Assembly (NCBI RefSeq): GCF_022045235.1
Contig: NW_027266267.1
Coordinates: 29,698,001 to 29,762,000 of the forward strand
DNA from: Haliotis cracherodii
Taxonomy: Eukaryota
DNA: 64,000 nucleotides
Reading direction: 5' to 3'
The notes beneath the pieces are model-generated. The model made no database searches and had not been told where the DNA came from. It saw nothing but the letters and a program-made list of their open reading frames with translations. Each line of letters begins with the position of its first letter. Positions within the stretch are counted from its first letter, which is position 1. Below, in pieces: positions 53,545-64,000 of this stretch. The position numbers were made by a program, and so were the translations under genes.

Positions 53545-53860
53545 TATTTATAAGGTAAACGCTATCACTGCTGAAAGTTGTTTCTCGCATGACGTAAACA
53601 ATTGGAAGTCATAATGTCCATACAACTAGTTAATATATGGAGCGTAGACGACATAGTTATTTATTAAATCCTTTGTTTTTTATTCAAATGTTTGAATTAC
53701 ATACACTACATTCTGATTAATATATATCCATCTTATTCAAGTCAATATCTACATCAAGCGTGGTGCAAGAGATGTGATGAAAACTGTGTTAATAATAGTA
53801 GTCGTCGTAGAGTAGTATTTATTCTGTCGCATTGCGAGGGAGGATTCTGAAATGACGTCA
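53545..53860 (-). promoter_or_regulatory. Candidate promoter of the OTU gene (TATA box and CRE sites)
   Basis: TATAAATA on - at about 53545-53552; TGACGTAA at about 53590; perfect TGACGTCA at 53853-53860. Confidence 0.4.
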
Positions 53861-54789
53861 TTTTCTATATTTAGCAGACAAGTCCATTCAAGGTGTTTCC
53901 CGAGATCGAGAGGAAGTTCGTGACGGTTCTGGTCAGTTCTGAACAGATAAGAATCGCGGGTGTAAATTTGACTGCGTCTCAAGTGACCCTGTGTCATCAG
54001 ATGATTCATACTCACACGACATTTAGAGGTTTTAATATATAGATCTGTAACCAATAAATCTAATGTTATTTTGTGATTGCTGACTTTTATCAGGTTACGT
54101 CTTCAGTGTGGTGGTGTTTTTCATTATCTGAACGAAACAAGTATTATTTGAGTTGGATAAATGAAGTATAATCAAACTGAAATTTGTATTTCTTGTATCG
54201 TTTGTATCTGTTTCGAAATAAAATATCGACAAATTCGACATATGTATCTTAATTTGTAGATATGTCCTTTAATATATTCCGAACATGTTTATGTGTAGAC
54301 CTATATATGATAATTAAAGTTAACTGGTTTGTGGGATATAATTATTTCAAATACCCTATAAATTCTAAATAAAAAAGTTATATTTAAAACATTTTTCTCT
54401 TTAAGTTTATTCCAGCAATGTCACTCCATTACTGTCAAACAGTCCACAGATTTCTGTGTAAAATGTGATTGATTGCTTCATGGCCTTGTTAGTTTTATGT
54501 GACCATCACGCGTGGCGGATCATGGCAATACGCTCTAAATATAAAGTATATAAAATAAATAATGAGATATATAATTTTCCAAAGAAAGTATTGCAAAATA
54601 CAATCTTCAAATTGTGGGTGTTCCATAACTTGTTTTCAGTAGTATATAATGTTAAAGTGTGTCATACTGTTGTCCGTAAATATTCTTTTTTGACATTTGA
54701 TTTATAATCAACTTGTATTGTGTCTCTTGTCTTGTGCAAATCTACAAGTACATGTACTTGCATATAATAATTTGATGAACACCGCGTCG

Positions 54790-54928
54790 TTTTAAACAAA
54801 CATCAAGCAATATCACGGAGGGGAACACCTGAAATGGGCTTCACACAATGTACCCATGTGGGGAATCGAACTGGGTCTTCGTTGTGACGAGCGACTGCTT
54901 TAACCACTTGGTTACCCCACTGCCCCCC
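54790..54928 (-). mobile_element. tRNA-derived SINE
   Basis: A-box-like GGTAACCAAGTGG and B-box GTTCGATTCC followed by a non-tRNA core; a third remnant at about 10438-10550. Confidence 0.7.
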
Positions 54929-55385
54929 ATTGCTGTGGCGTCACCAAAAGATAAGTGTACTTGTGTAAACTACACATAAGGAGAAACATCCTAATTAGTG
55001 TCGCAACATAGTTAACGTTCATAACAATATGAAGTGCATTATTATGATTATAACATATGTACATTTTCAATCAGCTATCATTCTAATATTGTATGTGTAT
55101 CTTAAGTATAGTTTTGTCAGAATCATGTATGTGTGTGTTTGTTTTGTTCTGTAACGGTCTAAGTGTCAAATCATTTCCATAGCGTTAGACAAAATGCTCC
55201 AATTCTAAATACTAAAATGAATCGAAATATGGCTAATGTAACAATGATGAAAAGCAAACGATGGGTGACCGTGTGCGTAAGCTTGACCCCTGAGTGTTTC
55301 CAGGGTCCCTGGGTCCTGCCCCACACAACACATGTAATCGACACGCTGTATCGCACACAACCCATAAAGAACTGCCACTCCTGTT

Positions 55386-57020
55386 CCACCCAGCCGTACA
55401 CAACCCACACCCTGCACAACCCACACCTAGCCGTACACAACCCACACCCTGTACCACCCACACCCAGCCGTAAACAACCCACACCCTGCACCACCTACAC
55501 CCTGCCGTACACAACCGACACCCAGTGCCACCTACACCCAGCCGCACACAACCCACACCCTGCACCACCTACACCCAGCCGTACACAACCCACACCCTGC
55601 ACCACCTACACCCAGCCGTACACAACCCACACCCAGTGCCACCTACACCCAGCCGCACACAACCCACACCCTGCACCACCTACACCCAGCCGTACACAAC
55701 CCACACCCTGCACCACCTACACCCAGCCGTACACAACCCACACCCAGTGCCATCCACACCTAGCCGTACACAACCCACACCCTGCACCACCTACACCCAG
55801 CCGTACACAACCCACACCCAGTACCACCCACACCCAGCCGTACACAACCCACACCCTGTACCACCCACACCCAGCCGCACACAACTGACACCCTGCACCA
55901 CCTACACCCAGCCGTACACAACCCACACCCTGTACCACCTACACCCAGCGGTACACAACCCACACACTGCACCACCCATACCCAGCGGTACAAAACCCAC
56001 ACCCTGCACCACCCATACCCAGCGGTACACAACCCACACCCAGTACCACCTACACCCAGCCGAACACAACCCACACCCTGCACCACCCATACCCAGCGGT
56101 ACACAACCCACACCCTGCACCACCCACACCCAGCCGTACACAACCCACACCCTGCACCACCCATACCCAGCGGTACACAACCCACACCCTGCACCACCTA
56201 CACCCAGCCGAACACAACCCACACCCTGCACCACCCATACCCAGCGGTACACAACCCACACCCTGTACCACCTACACCCAGCCGAACACAACCCACACCC
56301 TGCACCACCCATACCCAGCGGTACACAACCCACACCCTGAACCACCTACACCCAGCTGTACACAACCGACACCCTGTACCACCTACACCCAGCTGTACAC
56401 AACTGACACCCTGTACCACCTACACCCAGCCGTACCCAGCCGTACACAACTGACACCCTGTACCACCCACACCCAGCTGTACACAACCCACACCCTGTAC
56501 CACCCAGCCATACAAAACCCACACCCTGCACCACCCACACCCAGCCGTACACAACTGACACCCTGTACCACCCACACCCAGCCGCACACAACTGACACCC
56601 TGTACCACCCAGCCGCACTCAACTGACACCCTGTACCACCCATACCCAGCCGCACTCAACTGACACCCTGTACCACCCACACCCAGCCGTACACAACCCA
56701 CACCCTGCACCACCCAGCCGCACACAACTGACACCCTGTACCACCCATACCCAGCCCTACACAACCCACACCCTTTACCACCAAGCCGCACACAACCGAC
56801 ACCCTGTACCACCCACACCCTTCCGTACACAACCCAACACCCTGTACCACCCACACCAGCCGTACACAACCAACACCCTGTACCACCCAGCCATACACAA
56901 CCCACACCCTGTAACACCCACACCCAGCCGTACACAACTAACACCCTGTACCAACCACACCCAGCCGCACTCAACTGACACCCTGTACCACCCATACCCA
57001 GCCCTGCACAACCCACACCC
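55386..57020. repeat. 37-bp C/A-rich minisatellite (~44 copies), cut by the Gypsy LTR
   Basis: Unit ACACAACCCACACCCTGYACCACCYACACCCAGCCGT. Confidence 0.96.
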
Positions 57021-58787
57021 TGTAGTGGCCCGGACCCGAACTTCTGATAAACCTCGAAGTCTGGATGTAACGGAGAGTCAAAACACTTCTTTTCAATGAA
57101 TAATTAGTTTTTATTCATGTGGGTATAACAATGCCTTATATGGACAATACAATTCTTCCAAATAAGTAGATCCCTCTCAGCTTTAAGGTTTATTTGTAAG
57201 GACCAGTGTCAGGGCAAAATAATTATTGCCTGTAACTATAATGGTATTTTACTGCTATAAATATATATAGATGATTTCTTCATCTGAATAACTTTACAGT
57301 TACTAAGAAAGCAATTTGTGTCTGTGTTCAAAAATGCAGTCTATTTATAGAAATGATTACATGAGGACAAGGGGAACTTTTGGGCTGAATTATCTGCCCT
57401 TTGATTGAAACTGACCTTTAGACTGCCAAAGTCAGAATGACCCAGAATGGATCTCATCGTATTTATAGGTGTGAGAAAATGGTCACATGTCTGTTATTGA
57501 CCAATCAAATTACGAGAAATTACGTCTCTTTACGTCCTTATTCCTTTGAGGGATCTACTTTCACAATGTAAAATCACTGAAATAAAGAGGAAGGCAAACC
57601 ATCTCAGGAGGTAATTTGGTATAAAAATGAGTATTTATACCAATCAATGAATTCTGTCTAATTGATTCACTAATTGCCTTCCAATATCACAAGATAAACA
57701 ATTACGTCCTGCTACGTCGAAGCTACGTCCTTGCTGCCTGCCGAGAGGACGTAATAACAACAAGTAACATCGACTGGGAATTATGATGGACAATTCAAAG
57801 AGGAAGATTACAAATGTCAGGAGGCAATTGGAATTTATCTAATGCATAAGACGTTTAATAACACAAATTGGCCACTGGTATGCTTTGACAGAAGCACTGG
57901 ATGTCATATTTATGAGAAACATGTTCATAAACATGTGACGCTAAATACTGCGTATGAATACATCAGCGAAGATTACATAGTTCCTGATGTCAGAATTAAC
58001 AGTAACTTTAATACACGTCTTGACATATCATCAAATACGATTCTGGGTTCCTCTGGACATAGTTCATTAGATTAAATAAACTTTATAATGCAAAATGCTA
58101 AGCATTAGCCAAATTCAGTTACTTCATCGCGACCTAGGCTAGCTGTCACAAAGTTAAAATGGCGGGCGTCGGCGAAACACGTAGCTCAGCCCTGGTCACA
58201 AATTCACACGATTATGGATAAATATCAAGCTGCCAAGTGATTGTGATCTGTTTGTTGAAGAACAAAAGTATGATTAATCTGTATCTGATGGTTAATTTGC
58301 GTAACTGTGTGCTTAGAACGATGAATTCTTCAAAAGTTACGGTCAATGCAAAACTCTTGAAACAAGTAAACAAGATCGTTTTGACAGGCACGTTGTTGAC
58401 ATCGATGCTTATGAGGTACTGGCACATCCTAAACAATATGCGTAACATGATGGCATGGACATATGATTATTTTTACGAGATAACAGTGTGCCATGAAGCT
58501 CTACAAAAGCATGCTATGATCCTCTGATAGATTTCTTACCAAAACGGGATTCAAAACATTGAATTACGTGAAAACGAGGTTGGCAAAAATATACTGATAT
58601 ATACCTGCAAAACTTATTACAGTTTACAGGATAATTATGATATAATTCGTGCACTGTCATACAACCATCAAAAATACAGCAGGGAAATATTTAGGAAATA
58701 TTTCTAATTTTTACAAGCTGTCATAACTTTCATATTTTATAATAAAGACACATTAATATTTATATATTCTTCGTGATGGCCATCACA
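57021..58787 (-). repeat. 3' LTR (~1.77 kb) of the Gypsy element
   Basis: TG...CA termini with an imperfect 10-bp inverted repeat (TGTGATGGCC / TGTAGTGGCC); PPT at about 58788-58803; AATAAA near the distal end (about 57110 and 57190). The partner LTR is outside the window. Confidence 0.8.
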
Positions 58788-58823
58788 TCATCCCCCTCTT
58801 CAAAGATCAGGTCCCCTGATCTG

Positions 58824-60320
58824 CTAGTCCACTTCCAGGCGAAGACCGATCCTTGCTGCATCGATAGAGTTGATGATCCTGTCTGTTTCCGTATTCCTAT
58901 GGCGTTGGGCGGCTTGATGCATGAGGATTATGGCCCTGGCAGTCTGGCCGTTTATCTTGCCCAAGGAGATGTCAACCAAGGTCCGGTAATCGTAAAGACG
59001 GGCCTTCCTTGATGGTGAGTGGTTCTCTGTATGCAGTAGGGTACCAGGGAGGGCAAGCATATTCCATCTGTCATGCAAGTAGCTCCTTTCAATTCGAGGG
59101 ACTCGTCCTTGGAGGCCCTCCTCCAGGGTCATGGCAGCAAATTCCCACTGGAGGAGTCTCTCATCTGCACTGAGGGTCTCCCAGCTCCTAGGAGGCCAGG
59201 TGATGCTCCTTGCACCAGCAGAGAGGCGGATCTGATGGTGTGTCCAGTCCCTTCTGGCTGGGGGAAGCAGTGGCATGCAACCTGTTGTCAAGATCTTCTT
59301 GGCATCCCTCATGGTGTCCACTTCCCTTGGCCTTGGGGGAGAGCTGGGCCTTTGATGGTATCTTTTCTGTTCCTCTCTTCTTGGGATCTTTGATGCGGAA
59401 TCCTTATGGGGAGACATGTTGGAGTTACTCGATCTTTTCTTGGGCCTGGGGGAAGGTTCCCTTGATGAAAAAGGGGATGTCCAATGTGTAACGGAGTCGA
59501 TCAGGTTCATCTCTATCCCCAGAAGTGATGCGAAGGTGGCTTTCCTTGTCTCAAGTTGAGGTCCCTCCATTTTCTGCCCTGATCCACTTGGCCTGGAGTT
59601 GGGTTCGGCCCTGCCAAGAGTCCTCATCCGCCTTGTGAGGTTGTCGAATGACTTCGGACTCTGCATGGCTTCTTCTGAAATGCCCGCCTCGTACACAAAC
59701 CCACCCCCAGGCGTATAGAACAGGACAGTAGCACCATTCCTCTGGAGGAGGATGTCTTTAATCTCTAGTTGAGTAGAGGCGCCACACTTGCTTTCTGAAG
59801 GGTCGTATTCTGGTGGTGTGTTAACTTCCGGTTCAAGACTTATGATTCCATCTGTAAATATGGACAGAGCATCATCTTGTACATCCTGCACCTCCACTGG
59901 TAGGGTCTTTGTGACCTTTTTAATCGTCTGCCATCCCTCCTCCCATTCTTCCTCTGTTCTTGGCATGCTGCCCTGTGTTGAGACCCAAAGAAGGACCATT
60001 TCCCTTGTCTTCGCTGAAAGTGCCGCATTCCAACCTGGAGCTGGTACCACACTCACATACGATTCTGGATTAAGTGAAAACCATGTGGCGTTGCTTTCTG
60101 ATGTAAAGTCTGCATCAAGTTCCTGCAGCTGTAGCTTGTGCCTGGCATCACAGTGCCTCTTCCACTCTGAAACTCTTGAAAAGGACTGGAATGAAGGACA
60201 CAGGATACAGGCTACCTTGAGTTTACGATGTGGTGCTGCTGCCAAATGATTCTTCAATTCTTTCTTCGTTGCAAAAGAATTGTCACATGTTCCCAGTCCA
60301 CAGACATACTTGTGAGCCAT
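58824..60320 (-). CDS. Gypsy-encoded extra ORF (498 aa) with two N-terminal C2H2-type zinc fingers; function unknown
   Basis: Intact ORF from the ATG at 60320, ending about 20 nt before the PPT; CGLGTC..F..L..HLAAAPH and CILC...F....W..HCDARH; preceded by a tttgtgttacag acceptor at 60341. Confidence 0.8.
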   Translation of the reverse strand: MAHKYVCGLGTCDNSFATKKELKNHLAAAPHRKLKVACILCPSFQSFSRVSEWKRHCDARHKLQLQELDADFTSESNATWFSLNPESYVSVVPAPGWNAALSAKTREMVLLWVSTQGSMPRTEEEWEEGWQTIKKVTKTLPVEVQDVQDDALSIFTDGIISLEPEVNTPPEYDPSESKCGASTQLEIKDILLQRNGATVLFYTPGGGFVYEAGISEEAMQSPKSFDNLTRRMRTLGRAEPNSRPSGSGQKMEGPQLETRKATFASLLGIEMNLIDSVTHWTSPFSSREPSPRPKKRSSNSNMSPHKDSASKIPRREEQKRYHQRPSSPPRPREVDTMRDAKKILTTGCMPLLPPARRDWTHHQIRLSAGARSITWPPRSWETLSADERLLQWEFAAMTLEEGLQGRVPRIERSYLHDRWNMLALPGTLLHTENHSPSRKARLYDYRTLVDISLGKINGQTARAIILMHQAAQRHRNTETDRIINSIDAARIGLRLEVD

Positions 60321-60992
60321 CTTCAATGATTATGTGTATTCTGTAACACAAATGTTTTCTTTTAGACTCGCCTAAACATCCAACAATGCAGCATATTATT
60401 CCAACTTAAATGCCATCATGTGTAATTATACTATTGATTATGTCTTAAGGTCAATACTCTACAACCCTGACACTGGTTTGCATGGATCTCTGATAAATAT
60501 CTTAGCCTCACAGGACAATCATAGCTTCTATCTTTACACGGGTCACCTCCATCGGTTCTGTGTACTCCGTTCTCACACGATGCCCAGATCAAATGCCACA
60601 GAAAGAATGTAAACAACATCAAGTCAGCAGGTTCCAGGGTGATCAGGCCTAGTCTTACTGCGTTACATGATGGATCCATCATCGTTCGCTGCAGCACTTC
60701 CATCAACATGTTCTTTCTGTTTGCAGATATCTGGCGCTGTATGAAGACACAAGTTGAGGTTCCACCCAACAAAGCTTCAAGTCCTTGTACAGCTCCCTAA
60801 GATTTACCAGAGCAACCCATGCAAGCAATAGCTTCAGCACTGAAGCTCAAGATCCTTCTTCGGGACATAGATTATCCCATCCAACTATTTACATCATAAT
60901 AAAACTCCAACATTGTTAACAATAAACACAAACTTCTGAAGTTCAACTTTTCTTTAAGATATTGTTAAGACAGGTTCTCCAGGCCTAATCTT

Positions 60993-63900
60993 CTAGTTCC
61001 TTGAAGTTGACTGCTGACATCTTTTGATCCATGAGGGAAGGTTCTTCCTTCTGTAGAGTAGCAGCCGATCCACATGAAACACCTTAGAGGGTTGCTTAAG
61101 GGACCTTTTCACAAGGTAGGTGACATCATCTATCCTTTTCTCAATGAGATAGGGTCCTTTCCAACTTGAAGTGAGCTTCTGACAGACCCCACGTTTCCGT
61201 ACAGGGTTGTGGAGCCATGCAGCTTGTCCCTCTTTCAGACATCTTCCCTTGGTCTTGAGATCATAATTCTTCTTCCGATATTCTGCTGTCTGTTTCAGGG
61301 ATCTCCTGCCAGCTTCGTGAGCTCGTTTCAGCCTATCTTCCAATGTTAAGAGATATGTTTCAACATCAGCCTGATTCCGAAGCTCTTCTGGCCTCCCAAT
61401 GACTGCTTGCATGGGCAGAACTATCTCCTTTCCGAAGACCATTTTGTTGGGTGTGCACCCAGTACTGGAATGCATTGAAGCTCTGTACGCCATCATTACT
61501 TGAGGCAAGTACTCGTCCCACCGCTTCTGATCCTTCTCACAATACATTGTGAGCATCTGTGCAAGGGTTTTGTTGAACCTTTCCACAGCTCCATTTGATT
61601 GTGGCCTGTAGCTAGTTGTCCTGGTCTTGTGGATCTGTAAGAAGTCGCAGATGTCTTTGAAAAGCTTTGACTCGAATGTAGAGCCTTGGTCAGTGTGTAT
61701 CTGCATAGGCACACCAAACCTACTGATGAACACATCCACAAAAGCTTTAGCAACTGTGACAGCTTCCTGGTTTGGGATAGCAACAGCTTCAGTCCACTAA
61801 GTGAAACAATCACTTATAACAAGGATGAAGCGATGTCCTGACTTTGTCAGCGGGAGAGGTCCTAAGATGTCCATAGCAACTCGCTCCATAGGCTCTCCAA
61901 CTGTGTATTCCCCTAGAGGGGCCTTAAGGGGTCCCTTAGGTTGTTTCTTTGCTGTGCAATGGTCACAGGTTTGACAGTAATTCTCCACCTCACCCTTGAG
62001 ACCTGGCCAGTAGAAAGAGAACTTGACTTTCTCCAGAGTCTTTTCTCTGCCCAAGTGTGCACTGGATGGAATGTCATGATAGTACTTCAAAACGTCATCT
62101 TTCAGGCTCTGAGGAACAATCATCTGCTGTCGGGATTCATCATCTTCCATCCATAAGCGATAAAGCACTCCAGAGTAAACATTCAGCCGATCCCAGTGTC
62201 TCCAGAGAGTCTTGATAGTGGATGACATATGAGAGATTTCCTTCCACTCTGGTTTTTTTCCTTCTTCTTTGGCAGCAAGCAAAATCCCCACGTTTGCATC
62301 AGCCAACTGCTTCTGCCTGATTTCCGGGAGTGTCCAGCCTTCAAGAGAAACCAACGGCTCACTGGGTTGGTTCATATGGCTCCTAGTAACTGCTCGGTTG
62401 AATTCTGTGAAGATATCTGCTTGTGGGCTGCTGCCCTCTGAGACCATCTGATTTCCCTCTTCATCTGACGAGTCTCCCAGCTCCTGCTCTACTTCCTGTC
62501 TGAGACATGCTTTACAAGGGTTTAGTGACAGAGCGTCAGCATTTAGATGTTTTCTGCCCTGCCTATGGATGACCATGAGGTTGTAAGTTCCGAGTTCTTC
62601 AAGTCACCTGGCAACCTGTCCTGTTGGCTTCTTCAGGCTGCGCATCCAGCTGAAAGCTGCATTATCTGTTCTGAGTAAAACCTCCTGTCCATATAAGTAG
62701 GAATGAAAGTGCTTAAGAGCATTCACCACAGCAAGAAGTTCCTTACGAGTGACACAATACTTTCTTTCATGACAGTTCAGGGACTTGCTCATGTAAGCAG
62801 TGACCCTCTCTGTACCATCTTGCTCCTGAGAAAGTACAGCTCCTGTTGCTTTGTCACTTGCATGCATGTCCAAAATAAATTTGGTTCCAGGAATAGGGTA
62901 CGACAAAATTGGTGCTGAAGTCAGTGCTTCCTTGAGGTGTTGGAAAGCATTCGAGCACTCTGCTGTCCAGGAAAATGTCACCCTCTTTTCTACCAGCTGG
63001 TATAACGGCTTGGCTATTTCGGCAAACTTCTCTACAAATTTCCTGTAATAGGAACATAATCCAAGGAAACTCCTCATCTGCTTGGCTGTTTTTGGCACTG
63101 GCCAGTTCTGCACAGCAGATGTCTTTTCTGGATCTGTTTCAATGCCTTTCTCGGACACAATGTGACCTAGAAACCTCACTCGTTTCTGGAAGAAGATGCA
63201 CTTTGATGGTTTCAGCTTCAGACCAGCCCCTAGTAGTCTTTCAAAGACATGTTCCAACCTTTGCAAAGCTTGTGGCACTTCTATTGCTCCAACTATAATG
63301 TCGTCTATGAAAAGTAGACATTCCTCCCATTGCAGTCCCCGGAGCACTTCTTCCATTAGTCTTTCAAAAGTTGATGGTGCATTCGCGAGACCGAATGGCA
63401 TCACTGTAAAGTGATAGAGTCCGAGTCCAGTCGTGAATGCTGTTTTCTCCTTGTCTTCGTCCACCACACCTATCTGCCAGAACCCTGAGTTTAAGTCCAT
63501 TGTGCTGAACCATTTTGAATTCGCCAAGGCATCAAGGCAATCATCAGTTCTTGGTAGAGGGTATGCATCCTTTAATGTGACATCATTCAGTCGGCGATAA
63601 TCTACGCAAAAGCGCATAGATCCATCTTTCTTTCGTACTAGGACCACAGGGGATGCCCAGGCACTGGTTGAAGGTTCAATTACTCCCCGTTTAAGCATCT
63701 TCTGGATCTCTTCTTTTTCAATTTCCCTTTTTCCAAAAGGTTGCCGTCTTGGAGGTTGTCTAATGGGACAGGCTGTTCCGGTGTTAATGCGATGTTCCAC
63801 CTTTGAAGTTCTGCCAAGGTCAGCCGATGAAGTTGCAAAGACTTGTTGGTATCTTGCAAGAAGAACTGCAAAATCTTCACTCTCATCCATAGAGAGATGT

Positions 63901-64000
63901 TGGGAGCTTCTTTGCCAAAGGTCTTTGAGGTGCTCAGGAAGAGGTGTACATTGTAAGCTTGAAATATCAGCATTGGCGTTACAATGGACTAAGGCACATC
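60993..64000 (-). pseudogene. pol: Gypsy pol (RT, RNase H, integrase) with two in-frame nonsense codons
   Basis: Three ORFs in the same frame, split by TGA (62604) and TAG (61797). Motifs: RFCVDYRRLN, MPFGLANAP, FIDD, RNase H DMHAS (degenerate DxDAS), HHCC zinc finger, DILGP/HTDQG/ERFN DDE core, GPY; no chromodomain. Confidence 0.92.

Larger units (their letters stand above)
57021..64000 (-). mobile_element. Ty3/Gypsy LTR retrotransposon, 3' portion (pol, extra ORF, PPT, 3' LTR)
   Basis: RT-RNaseH-integrase order; polypurine tract GAAGAGGGGGA immediately before an LTR that begins TGTGATGGCC and ends GGCCACTACA. Confidence 0.93.

Noticed and set aside
54840-54928. tRNA gene
   Set aside because: A and B boxes are present but there is no proper cloverleaf, and it continues into a SINE core shared with other copies
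55163-57016. Mucin- or extensin-like Pro/Thr/His ORFs
   Set aside because: The 37-bp unit is not a multiple of 3 and the frames rotate; non-coding satellite
58824-60320. Retroviral env
   Set aside because: No signal peptide, furin/fusion peptide arrangement or C-terminal transmembrane helix visible

Overview
Eukaryotic (animal) genomic DNA. The SINE and HINE-type repeats resemble mollusc elements, probably gastropod/abalone; that is recalled resemblance, not a search result. I reconstructed three host genes. (1) A complete 18-exon CCDC191 orthologue on + (10837-48158, about 1000 aa, all splice phases consistent). (2) Head-to-head with it, the 5' part of an unidentified multi-exon gene on - (non-coding exon near 9712, coding exons 7778 to 1110, continuing off the left edge) with a Ser/Gln/Asp-rich N-terminus. 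(3) An intronless OTU-family deubiquitinase on - (51979-53205) with three SIM-like motifs and an IPI/V-like motif. Mobile DNA: three decayed DIRS (tyrosine-recombinase) retrotransposons and a TTAA-flanked Kolobok-like MITE in CCDC191 introns, several SINEs/MITEs, and the 3' half of a Ty3/Gypsy element (57021-64000, -). That element carries an intact 498-aa extra ORF with two C2H2 fingers in the env position, while its pol has stops. The most striking pattern: of about 14 unrelated minisatellites, eight begin at or contain a splice junction of the host gene, so real donors and acceptors sit at the edge of arrays of up to about 135 decoy copies of themselves. One array is made of YAG|GT units that resemble recursive-splicing sites. 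Most long ORFs in the supplied track are translations of these repeats, not genes.
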